NCBI RefSeq assembly: GCF_025526975.1
Contig: NW_026515680.1
Location: 496,001-560,000, forward strand
Length of the DNA: 64,000 nt
Source of the DNA: Fimicolochytrium jonesii
Taxonomy: Eukaryota
Direction: 5' to 3'
Below are positions 13,706 to 27,107 of the stretch, one piece after another (position 1 is the first letter of the stretch; every line of letters begins with the position of its first letter). The notes under the pieces were generated by a model. That model had not been told where the DNA came from, did not search any database, and saw only the letters and a list, made by a program, of their open reading frames with translations. Made by a program: the position numbers and the translations under genes.

Positions 13706-13759
13706 TGATGTCCTTTCCGATGTCATTTCGCCGTTGGCGGTTGAAGAATCTCATGTCCT

Positions 13760-15260
13760 AAAGTGTGTGCGCATCTGCTTTACGGATTGGTAGTGGAGGA
13801 AATCAAATCATGCATATGGCTGCTCTACTCTCCTCAAGGCCATCAGCACCCCTGCACATTATGCACTGGTCGTCGTCATCCTCTGCAGGATCTTCCCTGT
13901 CGCAGCTTGCAATCACCATCATCGCTAATCCCACGGTGTCATCTGCACCACTCACATAAGGTTGCCAGCATACCTCTGCACCATGCCCAGTGAAGGTCGA
14001 TTTCATCCTCTGTAAATTTGCCCCCAAGCACTATTCACGCGGTTCGCTTGGCACGGCGTCATTGGACCCACGATTTTGCTCAATCCCAAGGTCTTTGCTC
14101 ACATGAGGAGTCATCTGCATCTCATCACTCAAGGTCGTCATTATACTTCTGCAACTCTACCCACTCACACCGTCAGCATACTCGGTGCATGAAACACATC
14201 TTCCAAATCAATGCCCTGGGCCCATGGAACATGGGAACAAGGGCTTTCACACGCAAAGTTTGTGAATACTGTCGTCACGTGAAGTACCATCTTTTCCACG
14301 TGGTGAAATAAATAATGCTGACCACACCATTTCATCAACGTTGTGGTGAAGACCACATCGCCAAGGACGTCAACGCGGGGCAGGATGTGGCCAACCACGG
14401 TCTATCAGTTATCGTGGTCCAAACCCCACCCACTTGTACCAGAACGCTTGACCTCCACCGCCTACATCCCTCTGTCATCTCCTCTCCTGGATGGTGGACG
14501 TGGACGGAGAAATCAAATGGATGATGTGGACGACGACGTGGACGTGGAGCAAGTGGACCAAGCGGACGAGAACCACGTGGACGATGTGGATGTGGATCAT
14601 TATCGTGGTCCAAACCCCACCCACTTGACCTTCCACCACCTACATCCCTCTGTCATCTCCTGGATGGTGAACGTGGACGGAGAAGTCAAATGGATGACGT
14701 GGACGACGACGTGGACGTGAACCAAGTGGACCAAGCGGACGAGAACCAAGTGGACGACGTGGATGTGGATCAAAGAATCTTGCCGTGCTCACATATTATA
14801 GCCCGAGGGCCACATGTCCAATCTGCGTGTGGACGTCCTGGAAACAGCATCCCTGGGGCCCAAGATGCGGGTACCATAGCTATGCAACAACATGCACACA
14901 TATCTTTGTTTGTTGACGTGGTGGAGGCACCCTGTGTGGTGCGGCCGCAGTAGATAAAGGTGTTGGGGAGGCAGCCCTTTGGATGGCATATGATGCCGAC
15001 CACACCATTTCATCAATGTGGTGGTGAAGACCACATCGCTGTGGCAAACGTGGATGGTGGGGACCTGGACAAGCATGAGGACGTGGATGAGGACGTCAAC
15101 TTGCCGCAGGACGTGGCCAACCGCGGTCTATGAGTTACCATGGTCCAAAGCCCAACCCACATCTCCGACGCCCAAGATTCAAGTTCGTCCCATCCCAAAG
15201 AGAAGGATTGTCATAACTGACGTCAACTCGTGGACGGAGAACGTGGACGGCAACTCATTT
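13760..15260 (-). pseudogene. Decayed, internally duplicated sequence, probably transposon-derived, with Cys-rich remnants
   Basis: Duplicated blocks (about 14500-14640 vs 14665-14770, and 14320-14420 vs 15000-15150); one minus-strand frame is broken by many TGA stops. Confidence 0.35.
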
Positions 15261-16369
15261 TTTCTCAGTGTTCCATGGTGAGCATGGTGGCACCTCACCA
15301 CGATGTGGATGTGAATCAAAGAACTCTTTTGAGCTATCGAGTGCTATGTCAAGCTACGGTAGGAGGGAGGGTCCCTGCGGCGTGTGTCTGCTTACCTGCG
15401 CTGTGGTGAAGGCTTTTAGAGATTGGTTGGGGGTTTGCCTTGATGTGCAAGGGTGCAAGTGTGCGGAATTGTGAGAAGGATGTCGGTCTCGGTTCAGGTC
15501 CTTCTTCTCGCGGCGGCCCAGGGCTCCAAAGCCACGCGCGAGAGTGCGTGGCCCCTCTCTAAGTTATATCCTTGGAGATCGTCCGTTCATCGTCTCGACC
15601 GAGCTTCATCCGCCGGACATCTAACCGCATGCTTTCGACGCCGCACCACATCATCATTGACACATCGTTGTCTCACCTCGCCATTGGACGAAACATACCT
15701 TACCTTCCCTTCCGTTCCCTTCCCTACGAGAACGCCATCATTTCTTGCTTCTCACCGAGTCCTTCCTCTGCTCGTCACCCGTTCTTTCCCCTCTTCCTTG
15801 CTCGTCACCGACTTGTTACCAGCTTGTTCATCCCCCCTTCCTTGCTCGTCGACTTGCTCGTCACCCTTCCTTCCCTCGCAATACATCTTCACAATACCCC
15901 TTGCTCTCATACACAATCCCCTTCCCTGCTCATCTTGCTTGTCGTCACCCGTTCCTTCCCTCGCAATATCTATACATCTTACAATTGGAATCATATCTTC
16001 TGAGAACCTTACAATTTGGCTCTGCTGTTGCGATGTTGCTTGCATTGTCCGGTCCAAAACGTCTCTCGCTTGGGCATGCGCTCTATCGGTGTAACCTGGA
16101 TAACACAGGCGAGGCCCAACCTGTATGCGATATCCCTCACGGGGCGGCTTCTTCAGCGAGCGAGAAGGTGTGGGGCCACTGAAAGATATTTCCTTGGCAA
16201 AGGAGCACATTTTGCGGCATCAAACGCTAGTGGAGGAAACCAAGCGCACACAAGAAACCGATCTATAAAACTATGGTACAATCTGAGCTACTATACAACC
16301 TGATGAGCTTCATAGCTTGGAGCTTGGGACATGACCGATGACCTCACTTCCAAGCTCCCAACCGATCGC

Positions 16370-19300
16370 TCAATAATCCTCAAAATCCAACAAGGCATCA
16401 TCATCCCCTCCATACTCATGCGCCCCTCTCCCACCCGGGAACCCACCCGCAAACGGGCCGGAGGCGAATGAATCACTGCCTCCATGGTCGCCGCCCACCG
16501 GTTGGTATCCGTGGTCGCGGCGGCCCAGCCAGCGAACTCGCACCCATTCCCAGGCGTGCCCGGTTTTCTCAGCAATGATCTCGGCGATGCCGACGCCGAC
16601 GGAGACGACGGTGAGGAGGGCGCCGTTGAGGCCTGAACCGCGGGAGCGGCCGAATGTAGAAGTTTCTGTATTGTCGTCGGCGGGAAGTCTGTAATGCGGT
16701 GGAAAGAATGAGCATAAGGGTACAGTTTCGGGACGCAGCATGAGACAAAAAACAAACTGCGAACGTACCTGATCCGGCCAAACAACCTTTCGCGATAGTT
16801 GACGAATCCCCACGTGATAAAACCGGCACCCCCAACAGACGTCAAGATGACCAAGAACCAGCTGCCAAACCCAAGCGACCTATTCCCGCAGGACGCGCCT
16901 AATGTTCCCTTGTGGAGCTCAAGCCCACCGTGGCACTTGGATTCCGTCTTCAACCGGTAAGCCGTAGACCACAACCGGCCGTCCTTGCATTCCTGAGGGA
17001 CGAGACCGCCAGCGCTGGCGGAAAGCACGCACTTTCCGTCCACTCGCTCGTGGTTATACTCGCACTCGAAATCAGCTTCTGTGCACTCGCACTGTTTTTT
17101 TGCGGGTGCGATCGGCGTGTCGCCCATGCGGCAAACAGCGTTCTGCTTCCGACGGTATCTTATAGTCTTCTCGCCAAAGAAGCATTGGTCGGTAGGGGCA
17201 GGGGCGTTCGGCTGGCTCAGGCGTTGAGGGGCCCAGGCTTCCACATCCGAATCGCCGGCGCCCGGATCCGTCTTGCACGCGTTGAGCGAGTTCATTTGGT
17301 CCGTGAAATCCAGAGTAACGACCGCGCTTTCCCCAGTCGCCAGCTCGCCGACGAGGACAAATACGGTGCTGGTACCGCTGGGCTCCGAGAACATATAATG
17401 TACGGCCATTTTGCCTCCGGCCTTGATGGTGATATCCTGCTCCTCGAACGTGCGACCGTAATCCCGCGAAAGCTGCACCCTCGAGATCGGCTTCATCTGG
17501 CCCACCAGAAGGATAAGACCTCCCTGGTCGCCAAACTCCCACTTATGAGGTCCCATGGCAATTTCCGTCCAGGTGTGGCCGGCGTCACTACTCAGGTAAG
17601 TGTTATGTAAGCTCTTGGCCGTGTTCAAAGATTTGCCCACATTGCCATTTCCGATGATGAGGCCAGGCGCTGTTTTGGCGGAAAACTGGTCGCGAACGTC
17701 TTGCCGAGAAGTGTACGAGCTGAGATGTAGAGCGCAGTCGTCCAATGACTTCGAGTCCTTGCAGTAAGCCTGGTGATCCTTGCTTTCTGCTGGGGGCTGC
17801 AGAAACGACCAATGAGCACCTAATACGGTAAATCAAAGTCAACATCAATTTGTGGGCCGCCATTGTGGTTGAAGAACCGAACAAGCATTCATACCATCGT
17901 CCAACGTAAGCTGAGTCTGCAAGGCGTTTTCACCACCACCGCTATGGATACCGAGGTTGACAATGTTCATGAGTGCAATACCCTCGACGCCAGCCATCTT
18001 CTCGAAATCGGTGTAGCTAGACGAAAGCTGTTAGCAGCAGTTCCGTCGTTCCGCCTTCCTTGTATGCCGCCAGTTGTACATACCCTTTGCTATTCATATG
18101 CAACATGCTCTTGCGTTTCTCATAAACGGTAGCATTTCGGTTCCCAACAAACAACGAAGCGTACTCCTTTCTGCTCGACGCATCATCATCCTCAAACACT
18201 GCCAGAAACAGACTGCCAGACGAGCTGTCCAAAAGGGTGTACCCCCGCTTCAGCACCGTGTCGCCGGGGAACTGCGCACGAGCCCAGTTGTTTCCGTCCT
18301 CCGAGACGTAAATCAGGACCTCTTTTCGAATAGGGTCTTGTTTGACGGCCAGGATGTACTTTTCAACCACGGCGAAATCCGAGACGGCATCCATGGCGGT
18401 TGAGACAATCTTTTTATCGGATATCTTCATCAGGACGCTGTGGCCAGCGGGCTGGGCGACCCTGTCAACGCAAAGAACGGCGGACTTGTCCTGCATCCCG
18501 GAATCTTTCGTATATGCCCACTCGCACTTATAAACGTCGTGCAGACCTTCAATCTTGTCCCAATGCGATCCAAAGTTTTTCGTGTACCATGCCTGACGCT
18601 TGGCTTGGCCCTTCTCCGCCTCTTTGTTGAGCCAGAGCAACCACCCCTTCTCGGTGGGGTGGGTGCGAAGGGGTAGGTACGAATCGATCTCTTCGACATT
18701 GAAGGGCGCCTTGATCTCTTTGACCTGTGAGCCATCCGAGATGTCAAAGACGTAGAGCTCTTGCGCGGGTGCCTCGGAGCGGAAAAATGCACGCTCTGTA
18801 TGGAAGGGATCCTGGGCAACCGCGGTGATCTTCTTACCGTCCAGAAGAGGCTTCCAGACCTTGCCGCCGTCTTCACTCAACCAGTGAGATGACTTGCCTC
18901 CAGACACCAGTTGGATCATCACATGAGTTCGGTCGAAATAGAAGTATTGCCTGTAAGTTCCCGTGGTTTTCAGCACCGATATCGAAACACCGCTTCCGGT
19001 TTTGCCGTCCCACTTCTTATTGACTGGGTCGGTCTTCCCCTTGAGTTCGGGTTCGCATTTCGAGGCCAGAATCTTGCGGTAACCTGACGAAGTTTTGTAC
19101 TCTCCATTACTGGGTCGCGTCAAAGGTTGATTGGGGTCGGGGTGTCCGTTCAGATCGCATTTCCCATCTTTCAAAAGTTCGAAGCCAAAGTCGCTATGAT
19201 GTTCGAAAAAAGTGTCAGATATTCGTCTCCAATAACGCCCTCGCAACAGAAAGGTAATCATCCCCACCATTCGTAGTCAGCGTCTTCACAAGGACACGTT

Positions 19301-21285
19301 TTGGCAACCCTGAAGACTTCGCTACCCTTCGTAATTTTGCAAATCCCTTTCTTCCTGCGGAACTGAAGGTCCTGACCCAGAGTGCATTTAGACGCTGACG
19401 ATGCCCACCCTTCAAAGTCGCCATCGGAGCAGTCTTTCCCAACTGTATCGGCGAGTTCAAAGGAGTAAACGAGCGTTTTCTTGTCAAAGGAGTTCGTGGG
19501 CGACCCGAACACTGCGAATCTGACCGAGTCCAATGTCGGGGTGGTGGTCAGCAGTTGTAGACGGATCGTTTGGTCGAATATTTTGGTCTTCCACGTCTGT
19601 CCGTAGTCTGTAGTATACTCCAGTTTATTGGTCGGCCCTTCATCGTTTACAAGAACAATAGTGCCACCATGATTTCCCACCGCCCACCGGTGGGCGTCCT
19701 TGTGAATCTCAGCCCACGTTCGGCCGGCATCAGTCGTGAGGTACACATTTCCATCCCGGTACTCATCAAGACGCTTCCCGACGTTGCCTACGGCAATCAT
19801 GAGCCCTGGAGCGTTCGGATCGGAGTGGATGGCGGAGGCGACCCTGTGGATCGGTGTCTGCATGTTGCCTTGGCAGTACAGGTGAAGATTACAACCCTGA
19901 TCGGCCTTACAGTCGGAGTCCTTTGCGGGAGCAGCCAGGGCAGACCAGGTGGCACCATCGTCAAAGGACATGCGACTGGCGACCGATTGTGAGAATGGGT
20001 TCCTGTCTGTAACGACGTTGGCGAGGATGGTGCCGTTGATCCCCTGCATCCGCTCGTAGTCGACACGCCCTTTCGTTCGGTGAGTATCATGCAGAATCGG
20101 CTGGAACGTTTCGCCACCTTGATCCGATTTCAGCAAAGTGCCCTGAGTGTTGACCCGGCCTTGAACAACATCGAGGAAAACGGATTTGTCAGATTGCAGT
20201 AATGTGAATTCCTGTAAGGAGCAAAACAAATCAGTATCTCTACCGCGACGGAAAAAATCACAGAATGGTAAACTTACGCCTCCTTGAATAGCCATATCAG
20301 GTGGATACCGCGCTGCCTTGAACTCCTTGCCGTTTTTCGACACCATGAGCTTCAGCTCATGGTTGTCTTCCACCGCCACGACGAGCGTTCCAGCGACGAC
20401 GAAGAACTCCCTTACACCTCGTTCGATAAGCACGCGACGCGTGGGAACTTCCGACTTCTCGTAATTGGTGATCTCCACCAATTGCAGGGCATTCTCGCCA
20501 GGTCCAAAGTGAGACAGGATGTCCTGCCCCACAGTGCCGTGTTTGTTCTTATAACTCAGGCAGTACACGGCATCTTCCGGAATGCTCGCGTCGTTGTACC
20601 CAACATCCCGAGCGAAAATACATTTGTTGGCCCAAGTCTCGATGGGGCGCGGTTGACCGCCAGATCCCCACGTTTTTCCGTCGTCTTTTGTGACATAGGC
20701 CGTCGTGAAACAGGGCTTTCTGAGATCCTGCCCGCATTGGCGGGCACCCCCTAGAAATGTGTACCATTCGGCTTTTTCGGGATGAAAGTCGATGAATGGC
20801 ATGCCGAGGCCGTTGTATGGTTCTGGGGTGTTGATCTGTTTGACGGACTTTGCTTCGTCTTGTGACAAATAGATTTCCTTATCCGTGAACAGGAAAGCCC
20901 ACCGGTCCTGCGTTTCGTGCAATCCCATTCCGAGGACAGGTCCTTTTCCTTCCATCACGGCTTCATTCCACGTGGCGCCGAGGTTCTCACTGCGCGAGAT
21001 TTTGCCGTCAAACGTTTGCGCCAGCATTACATCAGACTTGCGAAACTGTAATAGGCTGGCAACCCCAGCACTGAAGCTAGCTGCTGGCTTTGCTTCATCG
21101 GCGCGGGAGTGGAGCGGTGGGACGTTTTCGGGGTTTGACAGCCCGACAGCGCTAGCAGTCCTAGCCCACACACTTAGCAGAGCTAACGACCCCGCTATTT
21201 TGAACTTGCCCAACGCCTTTGAGCATGTTCTGCGAGCTACGGAGTTCGGAGAGTCCTGCTCGGCAGGACGCAGTATTGACAGCAT
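16370..21285 (-). CDS. VPS10: Vacuolar protein sorting receptor Vps10/sortilin, multi-exon
   Basis: Signal-like N-terminus; two Vps10 domains with Asp-box repeats (SENLGATW, SFDDGATW, TTDAGRTW, SSDAGHTW, SRDYGRTF); Cys-rich CPCEDADYEC and CECTEADFEC modules; transmembrane segment and cytosolic tail. Confidence 0.93.
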
Positions 21286-21864
21286 TCCGTCAGTCGACTT
21301 TGACGAAGCGTATGCTCGATCTTTGCGAAGGTCTACACGGGTTGCCGGGGTGTCGAGACAGCTTAGGGCCCTGAATACGAAGCAATCCGGACCCAATAAG
21401 AAGGTCTGTCTGGGGGTTTAGACCGGTGAGACGGTTGGAACTTTAGTGGTGCAAAATGCGGAGATTGCGGTGATAGATCATACCTCAAGTCTATTCTGAG
21501 CTTCCCGAACGACTCGAGGTCTGAGCAAGCTGCGGACCCTAGATCTGGACTCCCAGTTTGCAAAGCGAAAGCTTCTCAAAGTGAGTGGGTGGGGTGGGTG
21601 AGCACAGCAGGTGTTTTGGCTTGACGGTGGTGACCGCTGAGAAAGCACACAGAAATGCCAAGACGACGCATTACGTACGTAGTCACCGTGTGGGGCCTTC
21701 TCATCGAGAGTTAGAAATGAGAGTCCTACGCGTTGGCTGTCCGAAGACTCCGAATTCACAACTAGAGTGGAAAGGACAGTTTCGCATACCCTCGCATACA
21801 CACGCACACATCCGGTCAACCGCAACTGAGAAAGGTGGGAACTTAGAGACACGAGTGAGCGAAA

Positions 21865-22648
21865 ATGGTAAGCGTGCACGGGTCATTCGGCGTCCTTGGG
21901 CGACCTGTCGCATCGGGGGTAAATCTAAAGCTCACCTCGCATTCCATTTACCAGGCAACAACATCCTATCGCCCGAAAGCGAACCTCGCAGCCTCCAAAC
22001 GCGCAACTAACCCGGTATCCTCCAAATCCGCCCAGCCGGCACACGACCTCACCGCCGACCAAAAGCAGGAGATCCGCGAGGCCTTTGATCTCTTTGACAC
22101 CGATGGCAGCGGCACGATCGATACAAAGGAGTTAAAGGTGGCGATGCGCGCGTTGGGGTTTGAGCCAAAGAAGGAGGAGCTCAAGAGGATGATTGGGGAG
22201 GTCGATCGGACTGGGAGTGGGGTCATTGACTTCAACGACTTTTTGGGATTGATGAGTGTCAAGATGGTAGGAATGGGTGTTTTAGGAATCTGACCTCGTA
22301 AGGTCGATATCTGACCCTTCCCTTTGGAATATTGCTAGTCCGAGAAAGACACACGCGAGGAAATTATCAAAGCATTCCGCCTATTCGACGACGATGGCAC
22401 CGGCCGAATCTCGTTCAAAAACCTGCGGCGGGTCGCCAAGGAGCTCGGCGAGAGTCTCACGGACGAGGAACTGCAGGAGATGATCGATGAAGCCGATCGG
22501 GATGGCGATGGCGAGATTAACCAGGAGGAGTTCCTGCGAATCATGAAGAAGGCGGTATGTATTGACCCTTGAGACGCTCAATGCATCCCACACAACGCTT
22601 TGGTGACCGACTACTAATATTCATGTCCTGTCGCAGAACCTGTATTGA
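21865..22648 (+). CDS. CETN: Centrin/caltractin (EF-hand), 4 exons
   Basis: ATG followed by intron; [71 protein letters not shown]; ends MKKANLY*. Confidence 0.95.
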
Positions 22649-22829
22649 ACGCCTGAGGAAACTGAGAACAGAGTGTACATAGTTTTTTGGATAGGATATG
22701 GATCCGCCCCTGGCGCGGAAAGACGGTCATGCCGAAAGGGAAGAGAGGCGACAATTGCTGTACAAGGCTTTAGAATATATTTATGAAGTATTACATGCGC
22801 TACAGTTCGCAACAACAGAATACAACTGA

Positions 22830-22967
22830 TCCTAGGCCATGGAATAACCCGTCAGTCGGTCCCTAGCTATGTATACCCTTTTGAGGCCAGAAAGCAAATA
22901 GAGCTCCACCCAAGCCCACTCTACTACTCCCTTCTTTGATACTTTCTAGGAACAAGGTGACACTACT
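22830..22967 (-). ncRNA. Candidate omegaRNA scaffold of Fanzor locus 1
   Basis: Lies immediately 3' of the Fanzor stop; short complementary segments (TAGAG/CTCTA, CTAGG/CCTAG). Boundaries are inferred only. Confidence 0.35.
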
Positions 22968-24110
22968 TCAGCGTCGAAAGCAATGAGGTCGTTCTCCATT
23001 GAATGTATTCATGTGGAGGAAGATTGTTCGGATATTGCGAGCCGCATTGGTGTCTCTATTCCAAGCAGTCAAACATAAGTCTGGGCAGACCTAAGGGCAA
23101 GAAGTCAGAAACGCAGTTGTGTGTGGTTGAGAAGCCTCCATCACGTACCTTGACTTGCCAGAATGTAGTCTTTCTAGGAAGCTCTCCATCGCACAACGAA
23201 CATGTCACCGAAGTGCGGTACTCGTCTATCTTTCTCAAACGACATTTCCCCCGAAGCCGCTGCCCCAGCGCTTTCGTTGGAGTGCTAGCGTGACCTCTTG
23301 AGTTAAGAGCAAACTGCCCATTACCGAAGGCGACGATGGTACGTGGATTGTTCTGAGTAATCCGCTTCACCAGCACGTCCCAAGCTTTTTCTTTGGCAAT
23401 GTGACTTTTCCAACGCAGACGCTTCCATCGTCGTTGACCGTAGAAGTCGATTAGGGTGAGCATGTGCTTCAAAGCATGATGAAGGTGGCGACAGAAGGAA
23501 ACGACCGATGCGGTCTTGGCCGTAGGCATAGACCCGTTGATTTGTTTGATCGCGGGATGGTTCTTGTGCCACTTCTCTCTGTGCTTGCGACCGTGGTCAA
23601 AAGCAGCCCGCTGGTAGTAGTCCTTCTTGCTACACCCTTTCACGCGTCCCTTCTCATCTCCGTCAACGACCGCAAAGATATCGATACGTCCAGGATCCAA
23701 ACCCACAACGGGGTCATCTTCGCGGACATCCAAAGCGTGGTGATTCCCCTCCTCATCGAATCCATAATCATCCAACTCCGTCGCGACGTTGTATCCTCCC
23801 TTTCGATACCTTTCCGCATCTCTCTTGGCCCTCCTTCCTCCAACGCTTGCAGCCAACCCGTCCGTCGAGAAACGAAACGCAAATCTCCTTTGCCTTGTCT
23901 TGTTGTGCATCACATCATCCATCGTAACCACTTTCTCCGTTCGACAGGCCCACTTCCACCAATATTGGTATATCGGGATGTCCGGTGACGCAAAGGGCGC
24001 ACATAGTGGTTCGTATTCTTCAACAGGCGGAAGTAGTCCATCGATGTTGCTTGGAGGCGGTGGTAATGGGTCTCTGAACTTATCCAATGCAGGTACAGCG
24101 ATTCATGCGC
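22968..24110 (-). pseudogene. Fanzor1 (TnpB-like RNA-guided endonuclease) locus 1: RuvC and zinc-finger half intact, N-terminal half disrupted
   Basis: FSTDG; RuvC-I VVGLDPGR; VAFGNG; IDEYRTS followed by CSLC; a 58-nt GT-AG intron (23148-23091) joins to VCPDLC..WNRDTNAARNI..RPHCFRR*. In-frame TGA at ~24103; a possible start (MNKRKRD..) near 25021. Confidence 0.88.
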
Positions 24111-25277
24111 TCCTGCGAATGATGCAAAGAGCGTGTACTTAGATGAGTGGGGAGAAATCGAGATGGAAAGTGATGAGTCCGCGGGAGGAGGGATGAGCTC
24201 GGCGGCGGAGAATCGGGATGTAGACGCTGTTCGTTTGCGCGATCGCATTGCAGAGGAGATCTGGACGGGAAATACGGCGGTTCCCGCTATCGCCGCGTTG
24301 TGATGTTTATTTAGAAATGCAATCAACGAAAAGCCAAAAAAAAACCACTCAATGTTCAAGTGTTTGTGGTTGTGGTTGTGAGCAGGGGGTCTGCACGACC
24401 TAGGGGTTGCGAAAGAACATGTGTATGATGATCAATCGACGGCGAACTTGGAGGATTTGAAAGGTATGAGCAAGTTCCTTACCAGAATACGTTCATTCGT
24501 AGAAATCGCGCTCGTCGGCGGCTTCATCCTCTTCCATCTCCATCGCAACATCCTCATCCTCGTCATCCCACGATGCAGCAGCCCCCTCATCCGTCAAATC
24601 CGCACCCTCTGTGTCTCCGTGTGAGGACGCCGCCTCCCCTGACTCCGTCTCCATCTCATGTCCTCTCGTCGTCCTCGTGGAAATCCGCAATCGCCGCCTA
24701 CAGTAGGTGCTCAAAACAGAGTTTGCGCGCGGGCACACCCTCTGGTTTGCCCACCTACTGTCCGTTTAGTTGATGTGCCGATACTGCCCACATAGTGTCC
24801 ATCAACAACGAAGTCTCCGCTCGCTCCCCCACCGGCGTCGTCATCAACAACAAGAACCACCTTCTCCATATTCCCCGCGCTCTCCGCATTCCGATGCTTA
24901 GGTTGATGATGTAACCTGCCTAGTTCAATGAGATGGACAACCAACCTTGCCGGCGGGCCACCCTTTGGGTTTTCGTGAGGTCAACCGCGTTCTCTTTGTT
25001 GTCTCGTTTCCGCTTGTTCATGGCTAGCGTGCTGTACGTAATAGGAAACAATGAGGCGATGGCACCATGATACCCGGTTTAGATGGATCATAAAGCTTAA
25101 CCCTTACAAGTTACGACACAATGCTCCACCCTTGTCGGTTATACCTCCTTCTCCTTCTTCTTCTCCTTCTCCGATCTTGGTCTTGATCTTAAAAAGATGC
25201 TGGGGGGAAGGGTCCGAGCCGTCACAAGGCGTAACGCGGATGTGTGTGTTCACGTGTTCACTGTTGCTTGGTCGCGG

Positions 25278-25575
25278 AGGGCCGTAGTTCGCGCTGAAGG
25301 AAGGCTTTAAGTGCGCGCTGAAGGCAGTAAGTCCCACAGCGAGGCTGTAAGTTCGCGCTCAAGGAAGGCTGTAAGTGAGCGCTGAAGGCATGTAGTGTGC
25401 GCTGAAGGAAGGTTGTAAGTTCTCGCCGAACGCTGTCAGTGCGCTTTGAAGGCTGTAAGTTCAAGCGTGAAGGCCGTAAGTTCGCCGTCTTGAAGGTTGT
25501 GGTTTCGCCGTTTTGAACGCGATAAGTTCGCGCTGAACGCTGTAAGTGCGCCCTTGAAGGTCGTAGGTTCGCCCA
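25278..25575. repeat. Degenerate ~20-24-bp tandem array (CTGTAAGTTCGCGCTGAAGGAAGG-like), about 12 units
   Basis: Directly visible, upstream of Fanzor locus 1. Confidence 0.85.
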
Positions 25576-27107
25576 GAAGGGTGAGGGGGGTTAGGGTCGG
25601 CGGAGGAAGACAGCATAGCCCGCGTGCGATTCAAAATTCACACTCATCGTCATTGAATTCAATTAGAAGCAGAGACAGCCAGGAGACAGCTTTTTGTCCC
25701 CTGACTGTACGTACATGTACATGCAGCAACAGCGAAGGGAAGACGAAGAAGCCAGTGCACATTACCAGTGTCAAAACCAGGAAGGAATGTATATCGATCA
25801 TTGTAAATAGGATCGTCTCACCATTATACCATCAAATATACCATCGAATGAATGCCATGCAGTCAAGTGCAAATTTCACTCCGGTAACAGCTCAGAATGT
25901 TCTGCTTGCTACTCTACTCTAATGGTATGGGCACTGCTGTGCACGCATTGATTCACAGAGGTGTGAGTAAACATCCATTTCAAGAGGGGGAAGAGGGGCC
26001 TGTTCGAAGAGTACCTCTCGATTATGGCGATGGGGGCGGAAGGGGAGGAACGCTCAAAACGAGCCGTCGTCGTAGACAAGCGTCAATGGACACGGATGCT
26101 CGCCTTGCGTGCCAAACCGGCTGTGTAGACTCCGCCGGCCTCACTTTCTCGCCCTCCTCGAGCAACTGCCGCGGTGTTTTGCCGTCATGGGATGGGTGAT
26201 GGGATGTGTGGCGGTGTTTTGCCGTAATGGGGATGAGTGATGGAATAATTATGTGGGCCCTGAATAGGAGTGTTGTTCCACTTCTCCTGGAAATCGGCCA
26301 GCCATGGGTTTATGAGTGCAGACCTCTGTTATGATGGCGCTTATGGCCCGGCGAGGGTCGTCGCACGGGGTACCTGTCATGTCGAGATACTGTATGTCGT
26401 TCCTACATGCCCGGATGGAGTAGGCAATGCGCCAAGGGCCAATGAGTGGTCGCAGTGGCAGAAGGCCCCAGCGTCTCGAGCGTCTCAGAGCTCTCAGAGC
26501 CCAGAAATCCACCAAGTCGAAAATAAGAACGATGCCACGTGACCGGGGAACTTTTTCCTAGGGAAATGTTGTCGAAATTCTCCATGATTGAAACTTGGCC
26601 GAAAAATGTTGAAGTCTCGTGCACAGTCAGCAAAATGTTTGTCTCTCATGGCCAAATGTTGACTTCTCGTGCGCATGATCAAAATGTTTGCATGTTGTGA
26701 GACAAAAAAACGAAAAAGTTCACCTCCCATGTATTTTTGGCAGAAGCGGTGGCCCATAGCCGGTGAGAGCAGTGGGAGAAAGAATTGAGAATACCCCACA
26801 TCTTGAAAATATAACGGATTTTATGGACTGCCAGTAATTCTACAACTCTCACGTCTCCATAATTGCATCCATATGAGTAACTTCACGTCTCCATAATTGC
26901 ATCCATATGTACGTCTCCACTTTATGAAGTAATGTTTCCCGACCGCACACATATCTCTTTCTATGGGTATACGTAAATGGATATGGAACTATATACACGC
27001 GCCAGAATAATGTGGTATGGAAGCAACGCGTTCGAAAATGTTGTTGTGCGGGAAAAGCGATGGGAGCTCCACTTCATGTGGACAGCTGACGCAATCTTGC
27101 CACGTCC

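Noticed and set aside
15453..16303. Protein-coding ORFs of 140-210 aa
   Set aside because: Low-complexity pyrimidine-rich CTCGTCACC repeats, open in several frames, with no recognisable domain.
22825..22870. Helitron 3' end (CTAG) for Fanzor locus 1
   Set aside because: CTAG is not followed by T, and no clear 5' TC end or RepHel gene is visible.
25278..25575. CRISPR-like guide array for the Fanzor
   Set aside because: Units are contiguous degenerate tandem copies with no unique spacers.
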